Shown: positions 36,534 to 49,766, counted from the stretch's first letter. The stretch is DNA of 64,000 bases from Chrysomallon squamiferum (GCA_012295275.1 CM022679.1:2914001-2978000), one strand, 5' to 3'. Numbers and translations are program-made. Notes: generated from the sequence alone by a model not told the origin.

Positions 36534-39195
36534 CTTACTTCTCTGAATATCTATTTCCTGGCTGAGTTTATCTAGGTCAGTTAATGTATTAGCAAATTTG
36601 CTACCATTTGATCTTAACATTTGTGGATGATCTACAAAAAGAAATCATGAAAATAATGAATTAGTGAATCAAAATTAGTTTTCACATAAGTAACATGTAC
36701 TTTATGAAAGATAATTCCTTCTCATTTTAAATTTTGGACAATTAACACATTATTTTAATAAATCCATCAGTTTTTGTTCTTGTTTTATTGAATTCCAGAC
36801 TTTCAGAATATTTTAGAACAGCAGAAAACAGAAATAAAAAAAATTAAAAAAATTAAAATTAAATTAAAATAAGCTAAAACTTATTGAAACACAAAATTAA
36901 AAAAAGAACCTGCAGTCACAAATGTGTAACTTGTAAGTTAACTTGCCTGATTCTGATCTAGACTCTTTTATTCCATTTGCTGGTGGCCATGCCTCCTTGG
37001 GTTGATCTGCAGACCTATAAATGAATAAAAAATAACTGTGTAACAATATTTACAGAAGACATAACTGAGAATAATCCAGATTGTTACAGTGTGATTATTA
37101 ATTATTCTTGACTTTTAAAAATGATTTTAAAAAACCCCAATAAACTGAGTTAACTGTATATATTAATTTGTTTTTTTGTATCACATGCAGATGGGAAAAG
37201 AGATTAATATAATTAATAAATATAACTAACGTGCTGAATTATTAATAAATATGCCTGACGTATAATTAAATTATTAAAAATAATGTTTTATATATAATAT
37301 TAAAAAATATATTTGGATGTATAATAATATTATGAATAAATACTCTTGATACATAATATTCTGAAATGTTATAAAATTAATAATAAATGTATTTGTACTG
37401 AATCTGATGTCCAGCTATGGGTTCATCATCCCAGTGAAGATCTCTTCTTACAAGTTCACTGTCAATTTCTAGAGACCTCCCAGCTTCTACATCATGGGAT
37501 CTAGCAGCTCTAAAATCTGTTTAAATAAAGGAAAGATCAATTTAGACACAGGTTTCTCAATCATTTAAAAGTATCCCATAAAGCCTATTGTATGTCTGTA
37601 AATGTTTTAGTGGGAGTGTATAAGTAGTCACGAATACATATATACATACGTACATCTATATATCCATCAATACATAGATATGTATGTATACACATACACA
37701 AACAGAAACAAGCCATGTATATGTATGAACAAAACTGAAAAGTTACTAAAAACCATAGAATTAAATGTTGTACACACACACACACACACACACACACAGA
37801 GAGAGAGCTTATGTATCTATAAATAAAACAAAAAACAGTAACTTAAATTTAAAACCATATAAATAAAATGAGTTAATACCTTCACTGTCAGCAGTATTGT
37901 CTGTCTCAATATCCTGAAGTAAATATTCTGAAAGACTCTGAAATATTTCCAGTAGATTTGAGATAGCAATTCTGTTCCCATCAATAATGTCAATGCCTCG
38001 AATGTGGGGTAGTGGATCGTGAATGATGTTTGCTGCCAGAGAGTCAATCACTAGTTGAACATTGTAAATCTCATCTTCTCTTGTAACTGGCCTCCTTATA
38101 ACAGCTGTGATATAAATAATAATTACATAATAATAGTACCTTCATGGTTTTAAATTTCACTGGAAATATCTTTTGAGATTTTATGCCTAAAAATCATATT
38201 AGAAAATCCAATTATTTGAAACTGAAATCAAATTTTGTTTGCATAAATTTTTCTTCTCTACACCTCAGTAATATTCTGATGATAGAACTAGATATGTACA
38301 AAGCATTCACTGGATACAGGTGTCTTGGATACTTGTAAAAATACAAACTATTGTTAGTTTTCAGACATTTACATTTCATAGTAGCTAAAATAATTATAAG
38401 CATTTTTAACATATGTAAATATAAAATAATAAAATTTAAACAAAAACATAATTTTGAATGAAATTTAGAAAAATGTATGAAATATTTAACAGCAACTAAA
38501 ATAAAATTTAATGATCACTCAAATAAATGTATAAATAAATTTTAAAATCTCTGCTTAAATTAAAGCAATAAAAATTTGAATTTGAAAAATTTGAAAAGCA
38601 AAAAAATTATGATGTCATTTTAATCATTTTAAAACACAAACTGGTACAAACAGAAGTAATAAATAGCAAAAGAAATTAAATAAATAAAAATCTAATCCAG
38701 AAAAATAATTATGGATTGTATGTTATAAAAGCTTATTACAGATGTATTTGAAAATCAAAAACATACTTTTCAGATTTTCACTGAAGAGACCTTCAAATAA
38801 AGTGACAAAGAATGCTGAACCAATGTCTTCTATACACTGTATACAAATTCCATCTCGAAACTGCGCAAGAAGACTGTTAGCAAGACCTATCAAATCTGAA
38901 AATAACAGAAAACAATATCCAGGAAAACAGTAAAAATTATAGAATAAAAACAATAATAATTGAAAATTATCAAATATCTTTTTAAGAACAATTTTACATA
39001 TTTGAAATATTAAAAGTCTTTTGACTGTAAATACATTAATTTTGTACAAAATAATAAGATAGAAAAATTATGCTTTTGTCTAAAAATTAAAAAATCATGC
39101 AAAACAATTACACTGTAAAGTACAGTTAATAATAAAAATTGCTTTAAATAAAGAAAACATCACAAACCTTTATCTTTTGGTGGTGAATTTTCCAT
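19093..39195 (-). CDS. CEP95: Centrosomal protein of 95 kDa (CEP95/CCDC45)
   Basis: About 24 phase-consistent exons, e.g. 39195-39168, 38895-38767, 38104-37880, 37516-37399, 37014-36947, 36631-36539, 36142-36081, 32928-32749, 22294-22122, 21728-21654, 21203-21051, 20584-20451, 20169-20085 and 19257-19093. The N-terminus (ANSLL...EDEIYNVQLVIDSLA...LPHIRG...ISNLLEIF) and the C-terminal coiled coil (ARARKYYDEYQVRMRAKMFKRRTREE...SLENYYRDQF...KMEKEIQ...DDAYFRQLDADR) match CEP95. Some middle low-complexity exon boundaries are less certain. Confidence 0.92.
19630..19980 (-). mobile_element. Degenerate SINE-like repeat (resembles the Nin-domain SINE core of molluscs); similar fragments at about 16390-16430, 30590-30630 and 56960-57050
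   Basis: 'agcagcaagtaatcttttatatgcagtttctcttatacagga...ctttggataaa' resembles, from memory, the AGCAGCAAGGGATCTTTTATATGCAC...GACAGGA core. No database check was possible. Confidence 0.4.
20170..20450 (-). other. U12-type (minor spliceosome) GT-AG intron in CEP95
   Basis: 5' splice site GTATCCTTTA at 20450-20441. Branch point TCCTTAAC at 20186-20179, close to the CAG acceptor. There is no polypyrimidine tract. Confidence 0.9.
22300..22710. repeat. Compound trinucleotide microsatellite (AAT/AAC/AGT)
   Basis: Directly visible, and it abuts a CEP95 acceptor. It is the source of several spurious ORFs. Confidence 0.95.
24300..26400. repeat. Intronic satellite with a ~130-150 bp unit
   Basis: Recurring 'ttaacaaatacattttattaaactgtgatataattttaacctgtgataaatattttacaagtctattttatgttaagttttaa..tttaaagttacctgtgatatttg' at about 24640, 24780, 24933, 25063, 25215, 25412 and 25550, decaying toward both edges. 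Confidence 0.9.
29090..29275. repeat. ~20-bp minisatellite
   Basis: About 9 degenerate copies of 'tgacagataccatttatact'. Confidence 0.8.
31780..32760 (-). repeat. Tandem array (31-bp then 41-42-bp units) built from a CEP95 exon end plus 5' splice site
   Basis: About 27 copies of minus-strand 'cattacag|gta' (some 'cattatag|gta'). The first copy is the true exon end ACTGACATCCATTACAG|gtatat at 32749. Confidence 0.92.
36632..36946 (-). other. GC-AG intron in CEP95
   Basis: The exon ends TCAG|GCAAGT. Among nearby candidate donors, only this one gives the phase 1 required by the next exon (G+AT = Asp). Confidence 0.75.
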
Positions 39196-39989
39196 AATCC
39201 ATTTATTTGCCTGTAATAAGTTATGCAAAGAAATTAGTAGCAAAAGAAAAACACACGATTTCATTTTCTAATTTTAGTGGTTGAAAAAGTGGTCATTTGA
39301 AAGAAAATAGTAAAAGCTGTTTTTTCAAATCAAACCAATTCTGGACTTTATTTTATGTTGTGTTGTATATTTCTTCTCATTTTATTAAATTATTAGGTGA
39401 CTAATGGTAGGGGTTTTTTTTGGGGGGGGTTCATAATGTACGTTTTTCTCGAAATTACTGGTCACAGGCCAGTATTCTTCCACATTTTCTAGATTTTGCA
39501 AAATCGGAACTCTTAAAATATAGTTTGCTTTGTAAACTTACCATGTTCAAATTATCTAAGTTTTACATCAATGCACTAACGTGTGATTAATGCCAACACA
39601 ATAATGAATAAACTAAAGATCCAAACCAAATAATGATTGTAATTACTGTTTTAACTGTTTTTAACTCTGACTCAGTCACTGTATTTTGTCATTGGTATTA
39701 ATCAGTTATTGTCAAGTTATTTTAGATTACATGTTGCTTATATTCTCTATAACTGGAACTGTAAATGCCAAAATATTAACTTTCCTATATTTGCTAAGGA
39801 CGTTTTTAACCACCCCAGTTGGACCAACAAATCACCAAAACCGTGGAAATGTGTCTGTACATGTTTCGCTTTTTAATAAAACAACATTGCTCCCATTCAT
39901 GATTAAAATATATATACATCTTCATAATTCGCAATTAAGCACTATTTATAAAAGTTGTACTTTCAAAATACAAATATTTCAATCGTCCT

Positions 39990-40321
39990 GTTATCATAAA
40001 TGAATTATAAACATAAGTATTCTCGGTTTGTCTGTCAAAACTTACCGCCGACTCTATCGTTATTCGTTCACGGAATATTCCGAGTAGTTATAACAAGCAC
40101 ATCGGGGAATTCCGAAATAAAATGGTCTCCAGACCATTTTTTTCTTTCAAAACATTTTTTTCGTTGGTTTGTAAGATTATTTATAGACGTGTATGGGTAT
40201 GTATATCTTTATAAAGAAAAAAATGGATTATCCAAAAATCCCTTAAATTTAATTCGATAATGGTAGCATTAATCAAAAAAATGTAGCAATAAACAAGTTT
40301 TAATTAATTAATTGATATAAA

Positions 40322-40357
<36 letters not shown>

Positions 40358-40875
40358 TTTTGTTATATTTCTCTTTCTCTCTCACTCTACTTTTTTGTTT
40401 TATTTTGTTTTGTTGTTATGTTGTTTTACTTTATATTTATATATTTATTATATTTTATTATTGGTGTTGACATTTTTTTTTTTTTTCCTTCTGGTTCTTT
40501 TACTGCATCCTTGAGTCATTTTTCCTGAAGCAGTGTTATTTTAGCCTTTTTTTTTTATTTATTTGTTTTATGTTCTGTACCTTAGGTGAACAGTCCCCCA
40601 GAAACACATTTTCAAGTATGAGTTCCCGTATTAGCCACTCTGAGGTGGGGGTATCATCACTCACCAGGTGACTCACTGTTGCTGTATTTAAGGTACATAT
40701 TATAAAAAAATAATGGTGAGGAATTATTTTAAAAAAAAAATAATAAATAAATAAAATAATAAAATACAATTTAAAAAAAATAATAATGAAATTAAAAAAT
40801 AAAAAAAATAAAATAAAATAGAATTTAAAAAATTATAATAATTTTAAAAAGGAATAAATAAAAAAAAAAAAAAAA

Positions 40876-40934
<59 letters not shown>

Positions 40935-42400
40935 TATAAATAAAAATAAAAGGACAGAAAAAGGTATGTGAAGAAAATGTTTGTATGCAGAAAAATGGCA
41001 GGTGCAATCTTTTGTCTCTTTGATCTTCTTTCTTCCATGTAGGGTGTATTCATGTTGAATTCATGATGCTGAAGAAGAAAAAAAAAAAAAAAAATGGACA
41101 GAAAAAGATATGTGAAGAAGATGTTTGTATGCAGGAAAAGGCATTTCTTGAATCTTCTTTCTTCTTCTTGGTCTTCTTCCTTCCATGTAGGGTGTATTCA
41201 TGTTGTATGCATGATGCAGAAAGACAATTTAAAAAAATAATAATATATAATAAAATAAAATAAAATAAAAATAATAAAAAATAAAATAAATAAATAAATA
41301 AAAGAATAATAAAAAAAGGTCAAAAGAAAATTACGAAAAAAACAAAAATAAATAAATAAATTTTGAAGCATTGGCTGGATAAATATAAAAATAATAATAA
41401 TAACAAAGGTCAATAATAAAATAAAATTAATAATAAAACAAAAATAAATAAAATAAATTTAAAAAAATGAAAAATAAAAAAGGTCAATAGGAAAATAAAT
41501 TAAAAATTAAAAATTAAAATTAGATTAAAAAAAATAAAAATAACAAAGGTCAAAAGATAAAATAAAATTAAATTAAAATTAAAAATTAAAATTAAAATTA
41601 TTATTATTATTAAAATTAAAATTAAAAAAGGTCAAAAGAAAATAAACGAAAAAAATTAAATTAAAAAATTAAAAGAAAAACAAATTTTGAAGCGTCAGTA
41701 TAATAATAATAGTAACTTTAAAAATTTATAATAATATTAATAATAATAATAATAATAATAATAAAATAAATACCTTAAATTTAAAAAAAAATAAAAAAGG
41801 TCAAAAGAAAATAAATTAAAAAAATTAAAATTAAATTAAAAAATTAAAATTAAAAAATTAAAATTAAAATAAAAAATTAAAATTAAAATAAAAAATAAAA
41901 AATTAAAATTAAAATTAAAAAAAAAGGAAAAAGAAAAAAGAAAATAAATTTTAAAAATTAAAATTAAAAGAAAAACAAATTTGGAAGCGTCGGCCGAAAT
42001 AATTTTTTAAAGTCATTTAAAATTTGGACGCTGATTTAGACGGTTCGCCAAAATAATGACGATCGGAATCAACATTTTCAGAAACCATACCCAATTTGAT
42101 GTAACGATCCTTAATTTCCGATCGAAAACCTCTTACACGTTAGAATTAGTTTCTCAGAGTCACAATTGGTTGTCCCTGACGATGTTATTTATAACCGTTA
42201 TAAAGCGGACGTGGCGGAGAACACCAGACAAATGTGACATAAACCGGTAAAAATGGCACGAGCTTGTGTTTCAATTAAATGAAATTATATTAATTTAAAA
42301 TTTGTTTTTAATATTTTATTAGACGTGGCGATTAAAATATGTTGCTAGCACGTTCTAGTTTCAGACTGTTACTTTCCTACGTCAGGACTGCACATATATA
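39990..42400. promoter_or_regulatory. Divergent promoter region between CEP95 (-) and the threonine aldolase gene (+)
   Basis: Two CpG-enriched islands (about 40020-40200 and 41990-42400) in otherwise CpG-poor DNA. Candidate non-coding first-exon donors lie at 40045 (minus strand, GTAAG) and about 42247 (plus strand, gtaaaa). An A-rich low-complexity spacer separates them. Confidence 0.5.
40951..41222. repeat. ~125-bp direct duplication
   Basis: 'ggacagaaaaag.tatgtgaagaa.atgtttgtatgcag...ttccatgtagggtgtattcatgttg..t.catgatgc.gaa' occurs at 40951 and 41096. Confidence 0.85.
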
Positions 42401-42999
42401 AAGTAAAATCGTATGAATTTATGATATCAAAAACAGGTTTCAGACTGAATATGACACATAATTACCTTTTTCCTTAAATTTTTGGTACAATATTCTTATT
42501 TTTGTAGTTTAATATTATTACAAAAACGCAGGTGCAAAATGCGAAAGAAACAAGACCTTTTGACTTCATCATTACAAAATTATGTCAGTTTTGTACCAGT
42601 TGACTTGAATGCCTAGTTCGATTCTTTCGTGACGTTTCTATTTTAATTTCGATTCTAATTTCGATCCTAATTTCGATTCGTTGATTCTAGTGATTTGATT
42701 CAAAAATGTGCTTTGGAAAATGAGTGAATTAATTCCAAAATAATATATGCGATTATACATATGTTTATTGAATCTTTTTAATGTTTATGGATTTTCATAT
42801 TTGTTTGATTGCTTATTTATTAATTATTTAATATTTATTTTAACAAAATAAACTATGAAGTTTATTTTACTATATTCGATCAAGTACTTTTTTTCCTTTT
42901 TTTTTTTTTTTTTTTTTTTTTTGTGGTTTTGGCCTGATGTGATTTTCGCCATTATCAAAACTAATGATAAAAATAAAAAAAATAAAAATAAATAAATAA

Positions 43000-43034
<35 letters not shown>

Positions 43035-44599
43035 TAAATAAAAAATAAATAAAAAAATAAAAAATAAAAACTACCTTGATTGAAGCCTAAATGTACTTTT
43101 ATTGTTATAATTATTATTATTATTAATACTACTACTACTACTACTACTGCTACTACTACTGAGAAATTTATTGGCAGCTGTTGGAGAATTTCGAAGCTAT
43201 AATTATTGTATGTGTTTGTTTTGGTTTTTTGCACGAATCTGTATTAATATTATAGATAATATATGTTCTTACAGAGTTATGGTTAATGACGAACAAGGTG
43301 AAGGTCGTGGTTTTATGCAAATTAATGGAAACCTTTCAGAAAGTGTAACCGGCAGTCGGAGTACGTAAAGCTGATTTTTACTTCTCTTCTTTCTTATTTC
43401 CATGCATTCATGTGCAACAACACTTCTAAACTTAAAAGAAAGTAAATTAAACTTTAAGATAAAATAATATTGGTATTACAACAAATGACAACTTCCATAC
43501 GAGTTCTTATTTGTAACATACAAATAATGAAATCAATTTAAATTAAAGGTACCATCAATGCAATTATTTTCTGTGCATGTAATGTATCATTACATGTGTA
43601 TCAAAATATGGTTTATCAGAATCGAGCATATGTCACTGTGTAATTTGACCCCTTCGCTGATTACCTGGAAAATACAGTTCTTGAAATTTAAAATTGTATT
43701 ATTTATTTATTTATTTATTCATTAAAAATGATCAAATTAAAGTACACTTTTAAAATATATTGTTACATGATAAAATATGTAAGTAACACATTATTTCTAG
43801 CCAATAAAAATATATATATATATATTTTAGATTTTGAACTTTTAAATACACCAGAACAAAATTATATGTAATAACTTCTTTTAACAGAGCTGGATTATGA
43901 GTTTACTTGTTATTCTAAGTTGGAATGATACAATCAAATTCTTTTCCTTTGTTAAGTGTTAAATTATCATCAGCATTATTTGTTTGAAATTACTGTTTTA
44001 TTTACTTTATGCACTGTTGTATTCAGTTTGAAAGAAATATCAATTAACAGTTTAAAAAGATAGATTAAAATAATTACTGCTGAATTTAAATGTTTTCTTT
44101 TAAACACATTAATCAAAACTGAAGGGTTTTAAATAAAAGCAATTTTGTTTTTTTTATTGATGAAATTTATATTTTTCCATAACTGTTTTTAAGAACTAGA
44201 CTGATTCATTAGTTTATACATATCTGATATAGTATAAAACAACAAAAATAATACTGTTAACCATGATATTCATATTAATTACTGTATCTGTACCTGAATT
44301 TTTTTCTCATTTTTAAAAGTGATTAAGATCTCGTTAAAATGATGATAATAATAATAATAATAATAATAAATATTAACGGTAATACTATTTATTTAAATGT
44401 TGTATCAGTCACTGAATGTTATAGATAGATAGATAGATAGATAGATATAGATATGCATGCATTTCTTGCTTTGAGAATTTTAAAAGCCTCATTTAAAAAA
44501 AAAAAAAAAAAAAAAACAAGATTAATAATAATCTCTAATTAAATATTTTGTCTGTCACTGAATAATTTTTTTTTATCATTGTATAGCTGACTTTCAGAA

Positions 44600-45740
44600 A
44601 TGTTAATCACCTTGTTAAAGCACTGTTTAAGACGAAGGAGTGGAATTGTACACTGGTCTTACTACCATGTTAAGACACACAATGTCAGCAAGTCGTTTGT
44701 CATAGACCTGCGCAGCGACACTGCTACTAAACCTACAAAAGAAATGAGAGACGCTATGGCAAGAGCCAGAGTTGGAGATGACTGCTTCAAAGAAGACCCA
44801 ACAGTAAATGGTGATTTGTATAATAATATATAGTTATTTAAGTCTATAATCTACCCTTTCTGTAACTGTAGATTAGAGATTTTAGAATGTAGGCAGACAT
44901 ATTTGTCATTTTGAGAGTAACTTTAAGATTAATTATTTAAAATATATATTTTTTTTTAGCTTATGGGTTTTTGTAACAATAGAGGGTCAAATTCCAGATT
45001 TCAGTAAGATGTGATGGATTTAAAAAAAAAAAAAAAAAGATGATTTGTTAGTTTTTTTAATAACTTGTATACCATAAATAAAAATACACAAATTTGATAT
45101 AAATGCTTACTTGTAAATTAACTCTACCAATAAGACACCATCGCTTTTCATACAATATTATTAGTGTATTTTGCTTTGATCTTAGAATTTTGTCAAAAAT
45201 CATTTTATTAATTACATTAGTGAATTGTAACCAATGCATCCTAAGAAATAATCAGGCTTTATTCCCAGAACAATAAAATAAAATATATTTTGTAAAACTA
45301 GTTGGAATCTTCTGTCATATAATCAACATTGTAAATAAATGAAGAAAATTTATATTTTGTATTTGATGTTATATTTCAGAGAGATAAAAAAATAGAAATT
45401 TTAATCATTAATATTCTTTGGTCCATGTTAAGTACAATTTGATATTACTAAGTAAGCTGTTATTTTATTATTTTCTTTACAGAATTACAGAGAAGGGTTG
45501 CTAATTTGTTAGGAAAGGAAGATGCTTTGCTGATGCCATCAGGATGTATGGCAAATCTTGTGGCAGGTATTTTCCTAACATCAGCATTTGTTTGCAGAAA
45601 GCATTAGTGCCATGGAGACTAATTCATAATTATTTGTTGTTGTTATTGTATTTTGGGGCAGCATTTAAATTTTGTTTTCTATACTTAAAAAAAAAAAAAA
45701 TTGTAATTCAATAAAATCATATTTTTGTTTGTAACTTGAA

Positions 45741-45776
<36 letters not shown>

Positions 45777-48700
45777 TTGATATATTAGCTTTTGTTTTCA
45801 TTTATTTGTACACAAAAATGTACAGTATTACTTAAAAATTATATTTATTGTCTGATACACAATTATTTCAGATATAATTAAAATTTTAAAATTAAATTAT
45901 TAACACAGAGTAAGTTTAATGTTTTAAAATATATCTAGTTAGTTTGGATTCTTCAGTTGTTTTTTTTAATACATTTCAAAGTATTAAACTATAATGTTAG
46001 AATTTACTCATGATGAATTTAATTTTTATAAATTAACTAAAAATGAATTTTAGAATTTATAATAGAAACTCTAAATTTAAGAACATAAACTTATTAAAAA
46101 CAGCTGCAATTCCTAAAAATCCTTACTCTTTTTCATTTTTTCAACACTTTATAATAAATAAATACTTGTTTATATTGATTATTGTTGTTACTGGACATGT
46201 TAAAATTTTTCAGTATTGTCCCACTGTCAACAGAGATATGGTGAGGCAATAGTGGGAGACCAGTCTCACCTGTTTCTCTATGAAGTTGGAGGTATTGCCC
46301 AGGTGAGCTTACATCACATACTGAATATCATTAATAGTAATACTCATCAGTTCACAGAATGGAAATTTTTATATGTACTTTCCCATGAACAGTAAAATAT
46401 TTGTCTTTATCTTTTAATTACTCCACTCATTAACTGAAACAGGACTGTGTCTATGAATTTTCACTCAGTCTGTTACAAAATCCACGATTAATAGTTTTAG
46501 AAAAATGAAACCATATTTATCCTAAATAAATAAATAAATAAAGAACTAATTAAGAATTAATAATAGTAACAAAATGTCATCTTCAACATAGAAGATGTGT
46601 TAAATGACAATAGTCAAATTATTTTGTGGAATAAACGTGGGAATGTATAAAATGTCAGTGATAAAACAGTAGTGAAATAAGGTTATTATTTATCTGTAGT
46701 TGAGTAAATAAGAAATAAAGTTGTTGTTGCAGTATGGAGGTGTACAGAGCAATGTTGTTAAGAACAGAGAAGACGGCACACTGGATCTCGATGAAGTAAC
46801 TCGACAGATTCGACCAACAGACGACAAAGACCAGACTCTGACAGAACTTCTCTGTCTAGAGAACACACAGAACCAGTGTGGAGGAAAAGTTTTACCTCTC
46901 GATTACCTGAAAGAGGTTTTCTTTTTTTTTTCATGATTTTTAGTAATTGTGGACATATTTTTAGTAAATAAGGTCTTATTATGTAAGAGGGGGGAGGTGT
47001 TAAATTTATATTTGTGTGTATTGTATTTCACAAAATAGTTTCAGTATGATACCATGTATTGTCCTCTCAGTATTCTTAAAACATCACCCTTGATTTTGTT
47101 TTTTAATTTTTATTAATTTCTATTATTCTCCCATCAAAATTAAAAAAAAAAATTATAAAAATAATAAAATTAAATTAAATTAAAATAAATTTATTTGTTT
47201 TTTAAATTAAAATTAAAATTTGTTGTTCATAATTTGAACTAATATAAGATAATTTTGCATATTATCTCTGATAAACTAAGCTATTTTATTATAATGAGAA
47301 TTTTGTGACAACACTAATCTGACTTCCATTATTTATCCTTGAATTGTTATGTATGAACTGAACAAATTTATTAAACCTTCGCGCGGTCATTTTATAAAAT
47401 ATATTTTATTTGATCTTGTTTGCACTGGTCTGTAAAGATATAATTATTTTAAGAAATTTTGTTTAAAACATTAACCAAACCTACTGTTAAGTTACGTATT
47501 TTGTTTGGTGTTTTAGCTTTAAATTTTTGTTTTGTTTTATTTGTAGGCATATGCAGTTGCCAAGAAACACAACATACATCTTCATTTGGATGGAGCGAGG
47601 GTGTTGAATGCAGCTACGTATCTTGAAATCCCTCCAGCTCAGATCACTCAGCACTGTGATTCTGTTATGACAAGTTTTTCTAAGGTAAATTTAATTTTAA
47701 AATAAAACAACATTAAATCCTGTACATTTACCTCCTTTATGTCAGCTAGATGCAGAATGCATATGACTTCATTTCTTGATTAGCATTCACTAATGCTAGT
47801 TTGAAACAGTAAGTGTTTAAACTAGAGAAAGATGTGGAATGAAAAATGTTAACAGCAGAATAAGACTGTAACAAGTAAACTTTGACCCTTCATAGTGTGA
47901 GACCTTTTATATAGATTGCTTAGTCTAATACCTTACAGCAATTATGTTTGTATTGTCACTTTTTTTTAGAATTATGATCTGTAAAGATAGTTAAGCAGAT
48001 CTACATAAGTATGTTAAAAATAAACAGAAATATTCTTTGTTACTAATTAACAGGAGTGATCTACAGACTGATAATACTACAGATATTTCATACACATTAT
48101 TACATTAATATTAATTATGTTGTTTCAGGGACTTGCTTGTCCAATGGGGTCAGTTTTGGCTGGATCCAAAGAGTTTATAGCGAAGTAAGATGTGTTTTAA
48201 GTTTTATACAGATGTGTATATATAGGTGTGTTCCAGTAAAATGATCTGTTATATAAAACTATCAGATTTATTTGTTTTTAATGCTGAAAGCAATAAGTTT
48301 TTATGTTTTAAGTAGAATACGTGTGTTATGAAGACTGTATTTCTGTGTGTAAGAAGATAAATACTTACAAGTGTAAAAATCAGGTTGATGCTATATTTTT
48401 CTGCTGACAGAGCGTTTCGAGTGAGAAAGTCTCTGGGTGGGGGATTGCACCAGGCTGGAATTCTGGCAGCATCCATGTTGGTTGCTCTTGACACAACAGC
48501 CAAACGATTGCATGAAGATCACCAGAGAGCAAGAGCCATTGCTGAAGGTCAGCATGAATCTTTATTTTATTCATTTATAAACAATCTTCATTCATTAGAA
48601 GTGGAATATTGTGTCTTTAGGCTTTTAGATTTCAGATTAATATTAAAAATTGTCAGAGCTTTGTTTTGTTATGTTATCATAATCGTAAACATTTCTAAAT

Positions 48701-49766
48701 AATTACATAACTTCTAATAGTAAAATGTATTCAGGTTTCATCAAACAAAATTAAAGTTATTTATGTGTGATTTATTTTTAATTTTTTAATTTTAAACACA
48801 GGTGTGAATGAAGTAGGCAATCCTGCAGTGTCAGTAAACATGGATGGTCTTCACACAAATATCATCATGATTGATATAGACAAAGATGGTGTGACCACCA
48901 AAGACTTCAGCCAAAGACTTTCAGAGGTTGGGATTAATATTTTTAATTAAATTTTTGTTAATTTTTTTTTTTTGGTGGGATAACAAAAGATGTTTTTGTT
49001 GAAATTGCAGTTGATGTCAGGTAAGAGCAGATAACTCTCCATAATCTCCACTGCGAAAAACAGACTGCAAAAAAATAATAATATTAATATACTTAAGTGT
49101 TATGTAATTTTTGTCATTTTTCTTTTACAAACACATAGCTTCACAATCTTATAAACTGTGACATTAAATATATCTTCTAAAATTTGCTATTATTATTCAT
49201 GCATTGTTGTTATTATTATTATTTAAAAAAAAAAAGATTTGTTGAAATAAAATACTACATACATTTGTTTTATATATCTACAACTTTGTACCCTAGCATC
49301 CTTTTAGATCAGATTATTATCTGAAACATCTTCCTATTTATAATAAGAGAGGGTTTCCTTGTACTTAGTTAAAATGATCACTGAAATTTTTGTATCTCTT
49401 GAATAGAACAAAAAATGTAAATTTGACACCTAATAGTTATTAATAATAAAATGAGAGATGTCATTAAACAGATAACTGATTCAGTGGTAATATTCAAATA
49501 TATCAAATATATATATATATAATTGTGTGTGTATTTTATTGTTATTATTATTATATTTTGTTTCTTGTTTTGTTTATTTGTTTGTTTTTTATTTGTTTCA
49601 GGTGACAGGAAAAGAGAAGTCAGAGCTAGGTGAGAGTATCATCACTCAGACGTTTCCTTTCACGAAGAAGTCAGTGAGGCTAGTAACGCACAACGACATC
49701 AGCGATGATGATGTTGAGAAAATTGTCAAGAAGCTGCAGTATGTTATTAAAGAGATCAGTGCCTAA
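44600..49766 (+). CDS. THA1: Low-specificity L-threonine aldolase family protein (THA1/LtaE/Gly1; PLP fold type I), 395 aa
   Basis: Exons 44600-44810, 45483-45566, 46214-46302, 46733-46915, 47547-47684, 48129-48184, 48411-48547, 48802-48926 and 49602-49766 (1188 nt, phases consistent). Motifs: IDLRSDT, GDD..EDPTV, HLDGAR, SFSKGL (PLP lysine), RK.LGGG and VRLVTH.D. Confidence 0.95.

Noticed and set aside
40575-40697. Possible tiny MITE bounded by tgtacctta / taaggtaca
   Set aside because: The inverted repeat is only 9 bp, it is single-copy in this window, and no clear TSD is visible.
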